Assembly: GCA_001938485.1 (NCBI GenBank)
Contig: MQRK01235862.1
Span: 31,070-95,069, forward strand
Origin: Girardia tigrina
Lineage: Eukaryota
Length of the DNA: 64,000 nucleotides
Direction of reading: 5' to 3'
Shown here: positions 13,972 to 27,100 of the stretch, in pieces
How positions within the stretch are numbered: position 1 is the stretch's first letter
Layout: every line of letters starts with the position of its first letter
The notes under the pieces: generated by a model
The model's input: only the letters and a program-made list of their open reading frames with translations
Told to the model about the DNA's origin: nothing
Database searches by the model: none
Position numbers and translations under genes: made by a program

Positions 13972-15313
13972 CAAGTTTTAAAAATAGTATAAAAATTTAT
14001 TTTCAATAAATTTGAGAATATAAAAAGCAATTAAAAAGTATATTGAAAATTGATTAATTTGAAATCGATGGATCGAATACAGTTTGAATTTGGAGATAAA
14101 TCTTAAAGAAACGGTAAAAAAGAAAATTTCTGAAGATAAAAAACGCAATAAATTGCAATAATTCTATTTCAATGACTTATATCAAAATGTTTCCACATTT
14201 AATTATAGCGATTTAGGAGACTATTACTCCACGGACAATTTGAAAATTATCAACCGCTAATTGTAAGATAGTCGCGTGTTTGAGAAAATCAAGGGATTGA
14301 AGGAAGTACAGCATCTCAAGGAGAAGACGCAATTTAAGGAATTGAATCTCCTTCAATCGGAACAAAATAAATTGTAATCGGGAGAATGTGAAATTTTCCT
14401 CATTAGGGCTCAAATCTTTGATTGTCGTGTATATGCGATGACCGGTATTGATATCCTCGAGTCGAGGTCGATATCGGCTATGTGGTCTCTTTCAGGATGG
14501 TGCTGTAGATGGGACCAAGATTGTTTGCAGATCTCCGTCCGAGCGAGAGGATGTCGTGGGTCTGATGAATCTGGTATTTTGGATTCTAAATTCAATCAAA
14601 TTTATTTTTTTCAAACTTGATGTTTTCCTCATTCCATGATAGTTACGATCATTTGTTTGATACTACTAAAAAAGCATTTTAATAATCCATTACTCTTATT
14701 GGGTTCGTGATTAAAATTCAAAGTCATAATTTGCAAACTTTATTTCTAATACAACTTTCATTATTCAAACAAATTTATGAGGAACAATATTTCAGTTACA
14801 TAAACCAGATTTTGAAATTCTAAATACAAATAATAATATCGATGTATATATATATATATATATATATGTGTGTTAATTTATTCAATTTTGCATAAATCCT
14901 ATTTTGTTTTTACGATAAATTAATGCATAAATTATTGCATAAATCCTTTACGAAGACGCAAAGACAAAAGTGTTGACAAGTAAGCAATTAAGCGACTGGT
15001 TTAAATAATCAGTAGGAGTAAGACAAGGTTGCATTCTTTCACCAACACTGTTTAACCTTTTTCTTGAGAGAATTGTTATGGAAGCTGTAAGATAGTTTCG
15101 TTGTTAATTTTTTAATTTTCTGAAATAAGAATTTTTGTTTTTAAAAATTTCGAATTATAATCGAAATTAAAAAAAATAATGGAAAATAGAATTAAAAAAA
15201 AGAAAATAAAAAAAAATTTGTTTAAATAACAAATTTAACCTGTTGTAGATTAATAAATTTTGCAAGTCTTAATTTCTTTTTGGTTTAGAATGTATGATAA
15301 TTCCCAGCCTAAC

Positions 15314-16243
15314 ATGGTAGCAGCGCTAGCGGAATCAATCATGAACCGACTGATTCCCGGCATGTTCCAGATCGGAGAAGACCTAGAAAAATTTATTTCT
15401 CGCTGCAGATATTTTGAAGCAACCGAAATTAATCAAAGGAAATGGCAAAAATGTATTTACTCCATGATATATGAAGATCTTTTGGAAGCATATGAGAACG
15501 CAGCTGGTAAAGCTGATAATTTTGAGGATCGGTTAAGACTAGCGTTTGAGAAACCGAGAGCAACCGCGACGGACTGGGAAAAACTGTTGAGATATCGCAA
15601 AAGTGCTGATAACGCACAGACTTTTTTCAAAAAAGTAGACCGGCTGGTAAAAAATGCGTTGTCGCATAGACTCGAGGAAGAAGAGCTGAAAGCTCAAATG
15701 TTAATTCATTGCATTGATGATGAAGATGTTGTTCGTGAAATTAAATTACGGAAATTAAAGAGTTTCAAGGAAATATCTGAGTTCGTTGCACTCGTGGACG
15801 AAATAAACCACAAAAAGAAGAGCAGGATCAATGCTGTTCGAAGTTATCGAGATGTTGTTCAAAACAGCAGGGCTCCTGAGGTAAATAAAAAATGGGTAAA
15901 TCAGAGTCAGCCGAGAAAACCTCTCCTAAGAGAGGAATCAACCGAGTCCAAATGTTATACTTGTCATCAACCAGGACATTTCAGTCGATATTGCCAACAA
16001 AGAAGACCTGTGCAGTGTTGGAATTATAAAGAGACTGGGCGCATCAGTCGAAACTGTCCTAGCAGACAGCCATTGGTTTGTTTCTTGTGCGGGAAGAAGG
16101 AACATAAGCGAACTCAATGTCCAGAGATACGCTGTGAAAAATGTGGCCGGAATGAGCACCTAGCAGCGGCATGCTTAGTGAACTCTAGCAGACAGAATAA
16201 TGGTTACGACAATGGAAGATCGAGAAATTTATCGGAAATTTAA
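15314..16243 (+). CDS. gag: Gag with four CCHC zinc knuckles (C-terminus frameshifted)
   Basis: ORF 15260-16243: CYTCHQPGHFSRYC, CWNYKETGRISRNC (degenerate), CFLCGKKEHKRTQC, CEKCGRNEHLAAAC. Confidence 0.85.
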   Translation: MVAALAESIMNRLIPGMFQIGEDLEKFISRCRYFEATEINQRKWQKCIYSMIYEDLLEAYENAAGKADNFEDRLRLAFEKPRATATDWEKLLRYRKSADNAQTFFKKVDRLVKNALSHRLEEEELKAQMLIHCIDDEDVVREIKLRKLKSFKEISEFVALVDEINHKKKSRINAVRSYRDVVQNSRAPEVNKKWVNQSQPRKPLLREESTESKCYTCHQPGHFSRYCQQRRPVQCWNYKETGRISRNCPSRQPLVCFLCGKKEHKRTQCPEIRCEKCGRNEHLAAACLVNSSRQNNGYDNGRSRNLSEI

Positions 16244-17935
16244 AATCAACACAATAAATGAAGATGAAGAACGCACATTTGATGATAATGAAGAAAAAAA
16301 CGATAAGCCGTACCCAAACAACTGGGCTCCGCCAATTAGGGAGTTGGTAGGAGCCGAATGCCACTGATCGTAGAAGATAATTCCCACGGATTCGGATGCG
16401 ACTTGGATGTGCAAACGATGAATAAGGTCTATGGATTTGTGGAAAAGAATTTTGAGCAAGTATTCTATGTTAACGCGTTGATTGAGGATCAGAAATCAGA
16501 GATATGTTATAGTAAAATGCAGGGGCGTCCGAGCGTTACAGTGGATATTCAGGGGAAACAGTTGGAGTATTTGTTGGATACAGGAGCAGGTGTTAATGTT
16601 ATGAGTAAGAAGTATTATCAAAATTTGAATAATTTGGTGCGAGAAAAATGCGATATCAATTTGAGAGGTGCCAACGATGGAAAATTGAAAGTATTGGGTA
16701 AAATAGAGGTAGAAGTAGATATATGTCAGACAAGAAAAGCAGCACTATTTATTGTTGTGGAGAGTGTGGTTCCAGAACTGATAAGAGGCATAGTATTCAT
16801 GAAAATTTTCTGTTATTCCATACAAAGGAACGAATCTCAATACAATAATGTATGAAGGGAAGCACGTGGAAGTATGTGTAACATCGAGGCAAAATTCGGC
16901 AGGGTGATAAGGCCAGGAGAGACATTAAAAAGAGTGTTAGATTGCATAGGTAAAGTAGATTCAAAACTGTTAGAGATCATTCAGAATCAGGCAAAAGTAT
17001 TCATGGCTGATAAATGGGATATCGGATGTACCAGTTTAGCAAAACATCATATTAAGGCGAATGGAGAGCCAATTAAGTAAAAACTTTTTCGTCAACCAAT
17101 GCAACTCGAAGAAAAAATCATGGAGACTATAAAAAAATTGTATGATAATAATATCATTCGGAAGTGTAATTCACCTTGGAACACACCATTAATTTGTGTG
17201 TGGAAAAAAGAGGAGAAATATATTCGTATCTGTTTGGATTTTAAGCGCTTAACTGCAATAACGGAGAGACAAGCTTTTCCAATGCCCAATGTTGATGGGA
17301 TGTTGGGTAATTTAGGAGGTGCAAAGTATTTTAGCTCGATTGACCTTGGAAATGCATATTATCAGGTTGAGCTGGACGAAGAATCTCAGGAGAAACGACC
17401 TCTTCTACAAAGCAAGGACAGTATTGTTTTACTCGTATGTCGTTTGGTATAGTGACTGCGCCGGGAACTTTCCAAGAGATGATGACAAAAGTAGTCGGAG
17501 GAATCAAGGGTGCCACTGTATACTTAGATGATATCTTGGTATACACAAAAGATCGGGAGCAACACTTATTGTTTTGAATCAAGTTTTAGATAATATTAGG
17601 AAAACAGGATTGCGGGTGAACCCAGCAAAATGTCAATTGTTGAAGCGGGAAATTAAATTCCTTGGACATATAGTTAACGAAGACGATGTTGAAAAGGACC
17701 CGTCTAAGATTGAAGCAATAAGAACGTTTGGGAAGCCAAAGTGTGTTGGAAAACCCATCGGATGTTGGCACACGCGGGTGCAAGTAAAGTTGAGTATTAT
17801 TTAAGAGACTCTAAGGATTTTGACAATCTGAAAGGTAAGATCAAAGAAATTGTACGCAGTTGTGAATCATGTCAAAAGTATAAAACATATACGGCAAAAA
17901 CAAAAGAGAACACCGAGATTTTTTAATATATTTAA

Positions 17936-18664
17936 GTGGATATTTGTGGACCATTGAAGGAGACTTCTGGGAAAAAGAAATATATTCTAGGCATAACTGA
18001 TCAGTTCGATAAATACATTACGTTATTATCAATATCGAAACAAGATGAAGAGTCGATAATAAAAGGAATAATGCGGAATTGGATACTGAAATTTGGTTCT
18101 CCCAAGGCGATGAATGTGGATTGCGGTAAGGTTTTTGAATCAAAAAAGATGAAAGAGTTTGCAGAGAAACATAATTTTGAAATTAGATTCTCCAGCCCAT
18201 ATCATCATAACACAAACGGACAAATTGAACGTCGATTCCTTACCGTGAGAGAATTGATAAATGCAACATTGCATGAAAGAAGAAGTTCAGACTGGGCAGA
18301 GATTCTACCGGAGATCGAGTTTTCATTAAATGCCTCTTTACAGACGACTATCGAGATGAGTCCAGCTGAAATTATTTTCGGAAGACGCATTAGCAGGGAG
18401 AAATGGGATGGAAGAAATAGCAAGACATTCCAATATGAGCGGGACCAGGAGCCTATCACGCGAAGACAATTCTTCCCAGGAGATGATGTATTGGTAAAAG
18501 TAGAATCTAGAACAAAAGATCGAGGGAGATACGACGGGCCATATAAAGTCGTTCGAAGAGTACATGATAGAAGATATGTTCTTGAAGATATGTCTGGTAA
18601 AACATGTGAAAGAAATGTGGAGAAAATTAAAAAAAATCTTGCGTGCGGGGAGTGTCGTTGTTAA
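17936..18664 (+). CDS. Gypsy integrase core and GPY domain
   Basis: D(ICGP)...D(CG)...E(RRF) catalytic triad, YDGPY motif. Confidence 0.9.
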   Translation: MDICGPLKETSGKKKYILGITDQFDKYITLLSISKQDEESIIKGIMRNWILKFGSPKAMNVDCGKVFESKKMKEFAEKHNFEIRFSSPYHHNTNGQIERRFLTVRELINATLHERRSSDWAEILPEIEFSLNASLQTTIEMSPAEIIFGRRISREKWDGRNSKTFQYERDQEPITRRQFFPGDDVLVKVESRTKDRGRYDGPYKVVRRVHDRRYVLEDMSGKTCERNVEKIKKNLACGECRC

Positions 18665-20713
18665 TTTTTTAATTTTCGGAAATAAGAATTTAGGTTTTTA
18701 AAAATTTCGAATAATAATCGAAATTAAAAAAAATAATAGAAAATAGAATTAAAAAAAGAAAATAAAAAAAGAAAATTTGTTTAAATAACAAATTTAACCT
18801 ATTGTAGATTAATAAATTTTGCAAGTCTTAATTTCTTTTTGATTTAGAATAGATGATAATTTCCAGCCTAACAGAAGCAATAGACGAATAAACTGCAGAG
18901 GAACAAGAATAACCAACCTACGATTTGCTGATGACATAGACCTAATCGACAAAGATGAGGCATAGATTCAGGAACTTACGAACAGATTACACAAAGCGTC
19001 AAACAAATTTTGAATGGAAATCAACAGACAAAAAAGCAAAGTAATGGTTTCAGGAAACCATAACAACGAGGTTAAATTGGAGATTTTCATTGAAGGGGAG
19101 AAGCTGGAACAAGTTAAGAGTTTCAAATATTTAGGCTCTACTATCACAGAGAATGGGGGAAGCGAAGAAGAAATCAGAAGCCGGATTGTTATATCAACAA
19201 GCGCAATGATTAAACTTAGCACAGTTTTTAACCTCAAAGAAATCCATCTCAAGAGCAGATTAAAGATCACTAAGGCTATTGTCTGGGTAACACTCCTCTA
19301 TGGATGCAAGAGTTGGACAATAAATCAAAAGAATATGAATAGACTTAAAGCGTTTGAAATGAAGTGCTACAGGAGAATGCTGAAGATCACGTGGAAAGAA
19401 AAGAAGACAAATGACTTTGTTTGCAGGAGAGTGACAGAAATACTAGGTAAACGATCGGAATCAATAGAAGAGATCATCAAGAGAAGGAATCTGAAATTCT
19501 TCGGTCATCAAATAAGAAAACAAGCACTAGTAAAGCTTATGATTGAGGGAAGAGTGAAAGGAGAAAGACCAAAGAGGCAATGAATGAATGATTTAAAAGA
19601 ATGGACTGGACTGACTATGGAATGTCTGAGAAAAAAAACTAGAAATAGAAAGATGTGGCGAAGTCTTGTTTATAATTGGGTGCACCCACGGCCCAACGGC
19701 TAAGGTCAAAAAGAAAGAAAGATTTTTGAATTAATTTAATGATATGATTAAAAGATTAAACATTTAAAAAATAAGATTGAATATTAAATATAACGTATTT
19801 TCAAAATTTCTAAAATAATAAAATATTAAAAATGGTTTTTTAAAAAAACAACGCAAAATTTATAAAAACAGCATATAAGATTTCAGTTTGAAAATCAAAA
19901 TTATAAAAACAGGATAAAAGATTAAAATAAAAAAAACATATTTAAACATTAAATAATATTTTAAAAAATATTAATTAGAAAATAATAATTTTTACCATTT
20001 CTCAATAAATCCCAAAATAATAAAAATATCATCAATTTATTAAAAATGCACTTAATTTAAATTTTACTAAAAATTAATAAACTTAATTTTAATTGTGAAA
20101 TTACAAATATGAACTTATCAAATGATTATTTTAATTATGTCCCAATAGTCAATCACTTTAAATTTAAATAAAAAACACCAATTTCATTCTGGGTGGGAGA
20201 ATCACCATTCTAAATTTGTTGTTTGAATCGATCAAATTTGAATGATGTCTTTTTTGATCTGATGTGTTGGGTCTATCGATTCTGAAAGTGTGAGTAAAAA
20301 AATTGTGGTTCTTTGTGTTTTGGTCCTATTATTGGGACTATACTGTAATGTTCTCGTTGGAACAAAAGCTGTTTATTGTAGCAATTGACCAGCATTTCGT
20401 GGTGGGTGAGAAAATCGACTCCTAGGATGGATTTTCGGACGTTGGCGAAAAAAAAATTTATCCTGTTACAGTTTTGAGCAAAATAAATTTATCCTGTTAC
20501 AGTTTTGAGCAAAATAAATTTATCTACTGACGATATGGAATTATAATCTAATTTTTATAGTTTAAAATCATTTTGATAAGTATTTTTGTTTAAAAATTTT
20601 AAAAAGTTGAATGTTGTTTTGACTTTATGAGGGGTTAGTTTTAAGTTTCACCAAAATAGTTTATTATTTTTTTTTAATTTGAAAATTTAAAAGAAATAAA
20701 TTAACAATTACAA

Positions 20714-21286
20714 TGTAAGTAAAAATATGATAATAAATATTTATTTAAAATATGTTTACAGTAATAGCAATTAACATATTTTAATAAAAGTTATAGAATA
20801 AGCTAAATAAATTTTAATTAACGGATTAATATTTTCAGAAATATTTTTTTTAATAAAATGGTTATTGTAAATTTAAATTAATTAGTTTTATGATTAAGTT
20901 TCGTAAGAATGTAAAATTTGGTTACATTAAAAATTTGTAAATTTTTGTAAGAAAATGTAAATTATTTAAGGGTAAAATTTTTGTAAAAAATATAAGATTA
21001 ATTAAGATTTAATATTGTAAAATTCTTTGTAAAAAATATAAGATTAATTGTGATTTAATATTGTAAAATTTTTGTAAAAAAAATGTAAGATTATTTTAGA
21101 TTTAAATTTTTGTATAGTTTCAAAATTTAATCGAAAAAATTTAATGAACTAATTTTGGGCGAAATAATTGAATTAACAAGAAATTTGTTTAAGTATATGA
21201 ATTGTGAATATTAATAAATTTTTGGTGGTGTTAAATTATGACTTTAGAATGTGAAAATAATGAAAGTGGCATAAACGCTACTTACA
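20714..21286 (+). repeat. Solo LTR (same family as 1-300)
   Basis: 8-bp inverted termini TGTAAGTA...TACTTACA. The 3' end is nearly identical to 230-300. No clean TSD. Confidence 0.75.
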
Positions 21287-21599
21287 GACTTAATTAAAAT
21301 TATAAATATATGAAAAATTATTTGAAAATAGAGATGACATATCCCCATAAAACAATGAAACAGCGAAAGAAATGATGATGCACTTAAATAGAAACCCATG
21401 TACGCACATTCAGATTCCACATCTACATTTTTGAAAAAGTGCTGATAAATCGATTTGTTCGAACATTTCTGAAATTCTCAAAAAAGTGCTTAAAATCGAA
21501 TTTTTCGTATATATCTGAAATCCCTATGATATATGTATGTTATTTACCATCAAACAATACCTCATGAATCGCTTAATGTACCTCATTAATAATTACAAG

Positions 21600-21987
21600 T
21601 ACCATGGTTACCGTAACCAAGATAAATAACCTTTTATATAATATGTAAAAGCTACATGTATAAAACTCCTGTAGTACTTAAAACATACATCGACATAATA
21701 CATAACATCTGCATTAATCAGCTAAGTATCTAAGCCTAGGAATCAATCATCAAAAGTACCTTGGTTACCGTAACCATGATACATAACCTTTTAATATTAT
21801 ATATAAAAACAATCGAAAACACCTTAGAAACCATCACCGTTACCTTAAAATCCATGAAAAACACCTTTAAAATCATTGAAAACATCGAGCAATGGTCACC
21901 GCGACCGTTGCCATGTTTACCGTTGCCATAGCAACGTGTGACCCCCTCCCAAGGGGGTGGTAAAGAATGCCCATTTTCCCCCCTACT
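21600..21987. mobile_element. Possible Polinton/Maverick-like terminal repeat remnant
   Basis: Repeated palindromic GGTTACCGTAACC / GTTGCCATAGCAAC motifs. Ends ...CCCCCCTACT (AGTAG terminus on the minus strand). Confidence 0.35.
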
Positions 21988-24984
21988 TCTATGTGCTATT
22001 ATATCTGTTTCATAGTTGATATCTCAGAAACATACACATATTCGACTGAATTAGAACTGTTTACAAATACATATATCGAAATTGAAAATGAACCCTTTTA
22101 CTTAATATTCATCGCCTTATTTAAAATAAATAAAGAACTGATAAATACTTACTAAAACAAAAATAAAATATTAATTATCAATAATTATAATTTATAAGAA
22201 AATGAAAGCTAAAAACATTAGTAATAATTAGAAAAGTGCCTTAAATTATTTTTAGTTGAATTGGGAGTCAAAACAATAAAAGTAATAATAACATTAGGAG
22301 ACATTAAGAAGAAGATACATTATGATATGTTTTGTTCCTAAATATTTTTATTATAACTAATTATTATTATGATAGTTATTTTTATTATTATTTGTATTTG
22401 AACATTATTTTAAATAAGAAAATTATTATTATTAATTTATTAATATTCTTATTATTTTTATGATTATTATATTATATTATTATTATTATATTATTATTAT
22501 TATTATTATTAGTTTTAATATTATTATTTTATTATTATCATATTATTATTTAAATTAATATTATAATTAAAATTATTATTATATTGGTATGGTATAATTA
22601 TTATTTATTAAATAATTATAAAAAAATAATAATAAAAATAATAATTAATTCTCACTTAGCATAAAACAAATGAGTTGAGCCGTCCTGCTCACTCATTTTA
22701 TTTATTAGATTAAAAGGGCGATTACGCCCATCATAGGGAGCGATTTGAATGTCAAACTTGACATTTTAATCACTGTGGACCAAGATAATAAAAATAATGT
22801 GCAAGCACAAATAAAATAATCTCTAACTTAATAAATTAATCAGGGCAATTAAGCCCAAATGTAAATAACAATTTTTTTAATTAATTAAATTTTTTTATTT
22901 TTTATATTAATAATAATAATTAAAATGGGTATAAATACCCCAAATTTTTAAATATAAAATTTAGAAAACATAAAACTAAATATTTAATTTAAAGAACTAT
23001 TATTTTAACAAATAATTTTATTTTCAAAAATCATTAAAGAAGAAAAATATACCGATTAATATCTTGGAATCCTCCATCGTTATTTATACATTGTACTATT
23101 CCGAAAGATTGTGAATCAATTGAATAAAGTTTTGAATTGGAATTGCTTTGAGTTTTTACTATTATTAATAATAATTTGAAACTAATCTCCGACGAGATTC
23201 ATTTGGATTGAGACCTCAAGAGAGGTTTAATCAAATTATTATATTCATTACAAAGTTGGAAGAACCATTTGAAAAGGAGTAAGACAATTATATTTGAAAG
23301 CTTTTTTAAAGTTATTAACAAAAAATATTTTCGAATACCCCAAAATATTAAAATATAATTAAAGTAATTAAAAAGATCAAAGCATTAATAGGAACAATAT
23401 ATATCGAAGATATCGATTAAAAAGATTCAAATATATAACAAATGAATATAGAAAAATTAAGAACACAAAAGCAATATGCTTCTAAAAAATGAAAGTGTCA
23501 TTTAGAACCTCTTTTGGTTTATCCGGTTGATCAGAAAACTGTTCCCTCTATATAAATGAATTGTTGGACAAAAAGGAAAATAAACACAAAATTCACATTT
23601 AAATACGTCTTTTATCGAATATGATACAACAAATGTTCGATGTTCAAATCATTCAGTTCTTATGAATATTTACAGTTCTTTATATATTCATTACCTTTGT
23701 ACATTTTGTCTATGATTATATTTAACACAACCTTATATATATATTTATATATATATATATATATATATATNNNNNNNNNNNNNNNNNNNNNNNNNNNNNN
23801 NNNNNNNNNNNNNNNNNNNNATATATATATATATATATATATAAAATCTATTGAGAAAAATATTTCAACAAAAAATAAAAAAATATAAATTTAATGGTTA
23901 AAGCATCAAAAGACTTTAAAATATTATTTGGGTGGGTTTTCCAGTTCTTCGAAGAAAGTAATTAGCATTAAGACAATCTGAAGATCCGAAAATTAAAGTT
24001 CAAATATAATAAGAACTAAAAATAATTAAATTTTTAGAACTCCTCGTTGATTATTTATTGGTTGTGTTAATGAATGTGATGGATTAAATGATCAGAAAAT
24101 TTTGAAAATCAAAGAACGATACAGTGGTCATAAAAACGGAGACATATAAGTCTGGTGTGGTGAATGAACGTATGAAACGCAGACACAAATTAATTTTGAG
24201 CAATCAATAGAGGTAAAAAGGAAGGAGATGAAGAATATTAACTAAACTCCCTCCGTGCGACATTGAGATTTTGTCATAATCGGATAAAATTTTCCAAACA
24301 GTAGCCAATACATTAAAGTGGTCAATACTGGGAGACTACGTTCCTCCTGATATTGTTTATGATGATAAATTGAAAGGACATTCCGCGAATCTCAATACAC
24401 TGTTATTTATTAGGCAAAACTGGAAGTAGTAACTCTCAAATATAATTTATTATCTAAGAGAGACTTTCATTGCATTAACTAAAACTAATTTAACATTAAT
24501 AATGTAAACATGTCCAAAACGACAAGAAATATCGAAAATTAAAGGTTTCAGAGAAATTCCAAAAAAGTAAGGCAGTGGAAGAGGGAACGCATAATCATTA
24601 TATTTTTAATTTATTGTTTAAAAATTAGAAATGCAAAAAATATTTATTTTAGGTCTTCAAACTAGTATAAAATGTTGAGATTTTTTAAGTCATAAATTTA
24701 GGATTAAATATTTCTCACAATCGTAATGACAGATTGTGATTTTTGTTTGTTATAAATTTACATCATTACTCTTTTGAACGTACACTATAACTTGCGATTG
24801 TCTTTTATATTTCATTTTATAATTTTAGAATAATTGTGGTAAAATTAGCATTTAAGTCTCCAGAAGACAACTGACATACTTTGACATACTGACTTCTTTA
24901 TTTCTGTGAATGAAATAAATCATTTCAAAACATAAATATGAACGGATACAGAGAGATTTAGCCAACCTCAATACTTTGAATTAC

Positions 24985-25420
24985 CGCCTTTTACCAGGAG
25001 GACAATATTAGTGCGGCGTGACATAAATGCAATTAATTACATACAAAAGTTTGGTGTGACCTTTGCAATCAAGTCAGGTAATGATATCGGTTTCAATTTA
25101 GAGACCTATGATTTATCCTTGAACCAGCAATTTTCGGTAGAGTTGAGATCTGGTGAGGAAACTGGCAACGGGTGTAGGAGATGTATGTTGTGGTTGTCAA
25201 ACCACTCTTTGATATATTTACTTGTGTGACAAAGAGCCCCATCCTGAAAAATAATGCAATGTTTCGTTTCCATACCAGCAACTACTCGATCTTCGATAAT
25301 ATTTCCATACATAATGGAATTCACAGTGACTTTTGTAGGCACAAATCAAAGGTCCAATGGTCCTCGTACAGAAATCGCTCTTCAAATCATAACAGATGGA
25401 AAATGTTTAAAGATAGGAAT
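24985..25420 (-). pseudogene. Tc1-family transposase C-terminal remnant
   Basis: 'IFQDGALCHTSKYIKEWF...SSPDLNSTENCW'. Confidence 0.85.
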
Positions 25421-26249
25421 AGTGTATTTGGAAACTAATAATAATCATCCATATTCGCCGGATCTGACTCTGACTGTTTACTGTTTCCATAAACAATTTA
25501 AAATTTCCTTCTATAATTAAAAAATAAATTTAACAAAATATAAAACGGAAATTCGTTTTTATAATTTGTATTTAAGATATTAATACATTTTTCTTAAAAA
25601 TAAAAATTTATTATAATATGATCGAAAATTAAATTTTTTAATGCTGAATCACAATAAAATGTTTCTTTAATTGATTCAATTGTGATATTTATAATTGTTT
25701 CGATACTAACTTTTTTCTAATGACGTTAAAATGACAAAAAAAATTTTAATTTTTTGATTATTTGATTTTTTTTGTCTTTGAAGTTGTGACTGCGAGCAAA
25801 ATCAATTAATCGTTTTTCCATAATCATTAATGACGAGGTTTTTATATGAAATTTTCACAGAAGCATTAAAGAAACGTGAATCCATATCAAAATTTAAATT
25901 TCAAATGTTTATGAAAATCTTTCATTATTCTTATTCTGTCACGATATTCTAAGACATTCTTTAATCAATATATTTGTACGGACAATTTTACAAAAAGAAA
26001 GCGGCAATCTATCTTTGTTTCTCGAACAACAGATAAGTAATGCATATATATATATATATATATCGAGAATGAACGGAGTAATTGCATAGATTGTTAAATA
26101 CAAAAACGAATTCCTAAGCAGAAAATCTAAAAAATGTTTAAATCTTTTGTTTAAATATTTAATAACAATTAGCATTTATAAAAACTGCAAGAACTTTCTT
26201 AAAGGTCTAATATAATTTTTTAATATATTTTTTATAAGAAATTTAAAAA

Positions 26250-27100
26250 TGTGCTAGACCTTTAGCTTATAAACGATATGTCGATGATATTTTTCTTGTT
26301 TTCATAGAGCGTGAAAATATGTTGCCGTTTTTAGCTTATATGAATTCCCTTCATTCTAATATTGTTTTCACGGTTGAGCTTGAGAAGAATGGTGTTTTAC
26401 TATTTTTAGATTTGTTAATCGAGAGAAAAGGGAGTCGTTACGAGACAGAGATTTATAGAAAGAAAACAGATACAGGTCTATATACTACTACTAAAAGCTT
26501 CTGTGAACCTAAGTACAATAGAAGTATGATAAAGGGTTTGTTATTTAGGTGTTGGTCTCTATCATCAACATATGAAAAAGCAGATGCAAGCATAGATAAA
26601 CTAACAGAACTATTGCAGAAAATGGCTATTCGAAATCATTTTTAGAGAAATTAACTAATGAGACGATAGATAAATTAATGAATAAAGAACATGAGGGTAA
26701 ATGCGAATTAAAACCCGATAAATTATCTAATGAAAATTTTAATATTGGATATTCGCTAATCGTTCCTTATTCAGAAGGTTACAAAAAATTGAAATCGTCT
26801 ATTTTAAAATCAATCGATAATNNNNNNNNNNNNNNNNNNNNNNNNNNNNNNNNNNNNNNNNNNNNNNNNNNNNNNNNNNNNNNNNNNNNNNNNNNNNNNN
26901 NNNNNNNNNNNNNNNNNNNNNNNNNNNNNNNNNNNNNNAATATTTAATTAGTTATTACGCAAGATGTTTGCATAATCATCAATTTGCTATATATAAGACA
27001 GCGAAATTGTTGTTAATTCAGCCTGAAGATGGTGGAAAATCCACTGAAATATATTGCAATAAAATTTGATTTTAATGGCGTTCTTAAATATTTTTTATAA
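26250..27100 (+). mobile_element. Penelope-like element fragment (RT C-terminus/thumb, assembly gap, 3' end)
   Basis: 'RYVDDIF', 'FTVELEKNGVLLFLDLLI', 'IYRKKTDTGLY'. Hammerhead motif at the 3' end. Confidence 0.88.
27019..27057 (+). ncRNA. Minimal hammerhead ribozyme motif
   Basis: CTGAAGA, stem II GGTGG/CCACT, GAAA-TATA-TT. Confidence 0.65.

Larger units (their letters stand above)
15086..18873 (+). mobile_element. Ty3/gypsy element with both LTRs (15086-15314, 18653-18873); RNase H region deleted
   Basis: TG...CA LTR pair, 5-bp TSD GAAGC, PBS TGGTAGCAG at 15315, PPT GCGGGGAG. Contains gag, PR 'LLDTGA', RT 'YLDD', IN 'DICGP', 'NGQIER', 'YDGPY'. Confidence 0.95.
14950..19722 (+). mobile_element. 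5'-truncated RTE-clade LINE, split by a gypsy insertion
   Basis: 'GVRQGCILSPTLFNLFLE' before 15086, then 'ITNLRFADD', 'FKYLGS', 'LLYGC.SWT', 'LKFFGH' after 18873. (GAAA)n-like 3' tail. Confidence 0.9.

Noticed and set aside
14213-14639. Cluster of short overlapping ORFs in a CpG-richer patch
   Set aside because: No recognisable domain. Probably a fragment of a long LTR.
608-18565. Numerous short ORFs antisense to gag/pol
   Set aside because: Shadow frames of retroelement coding sequence.
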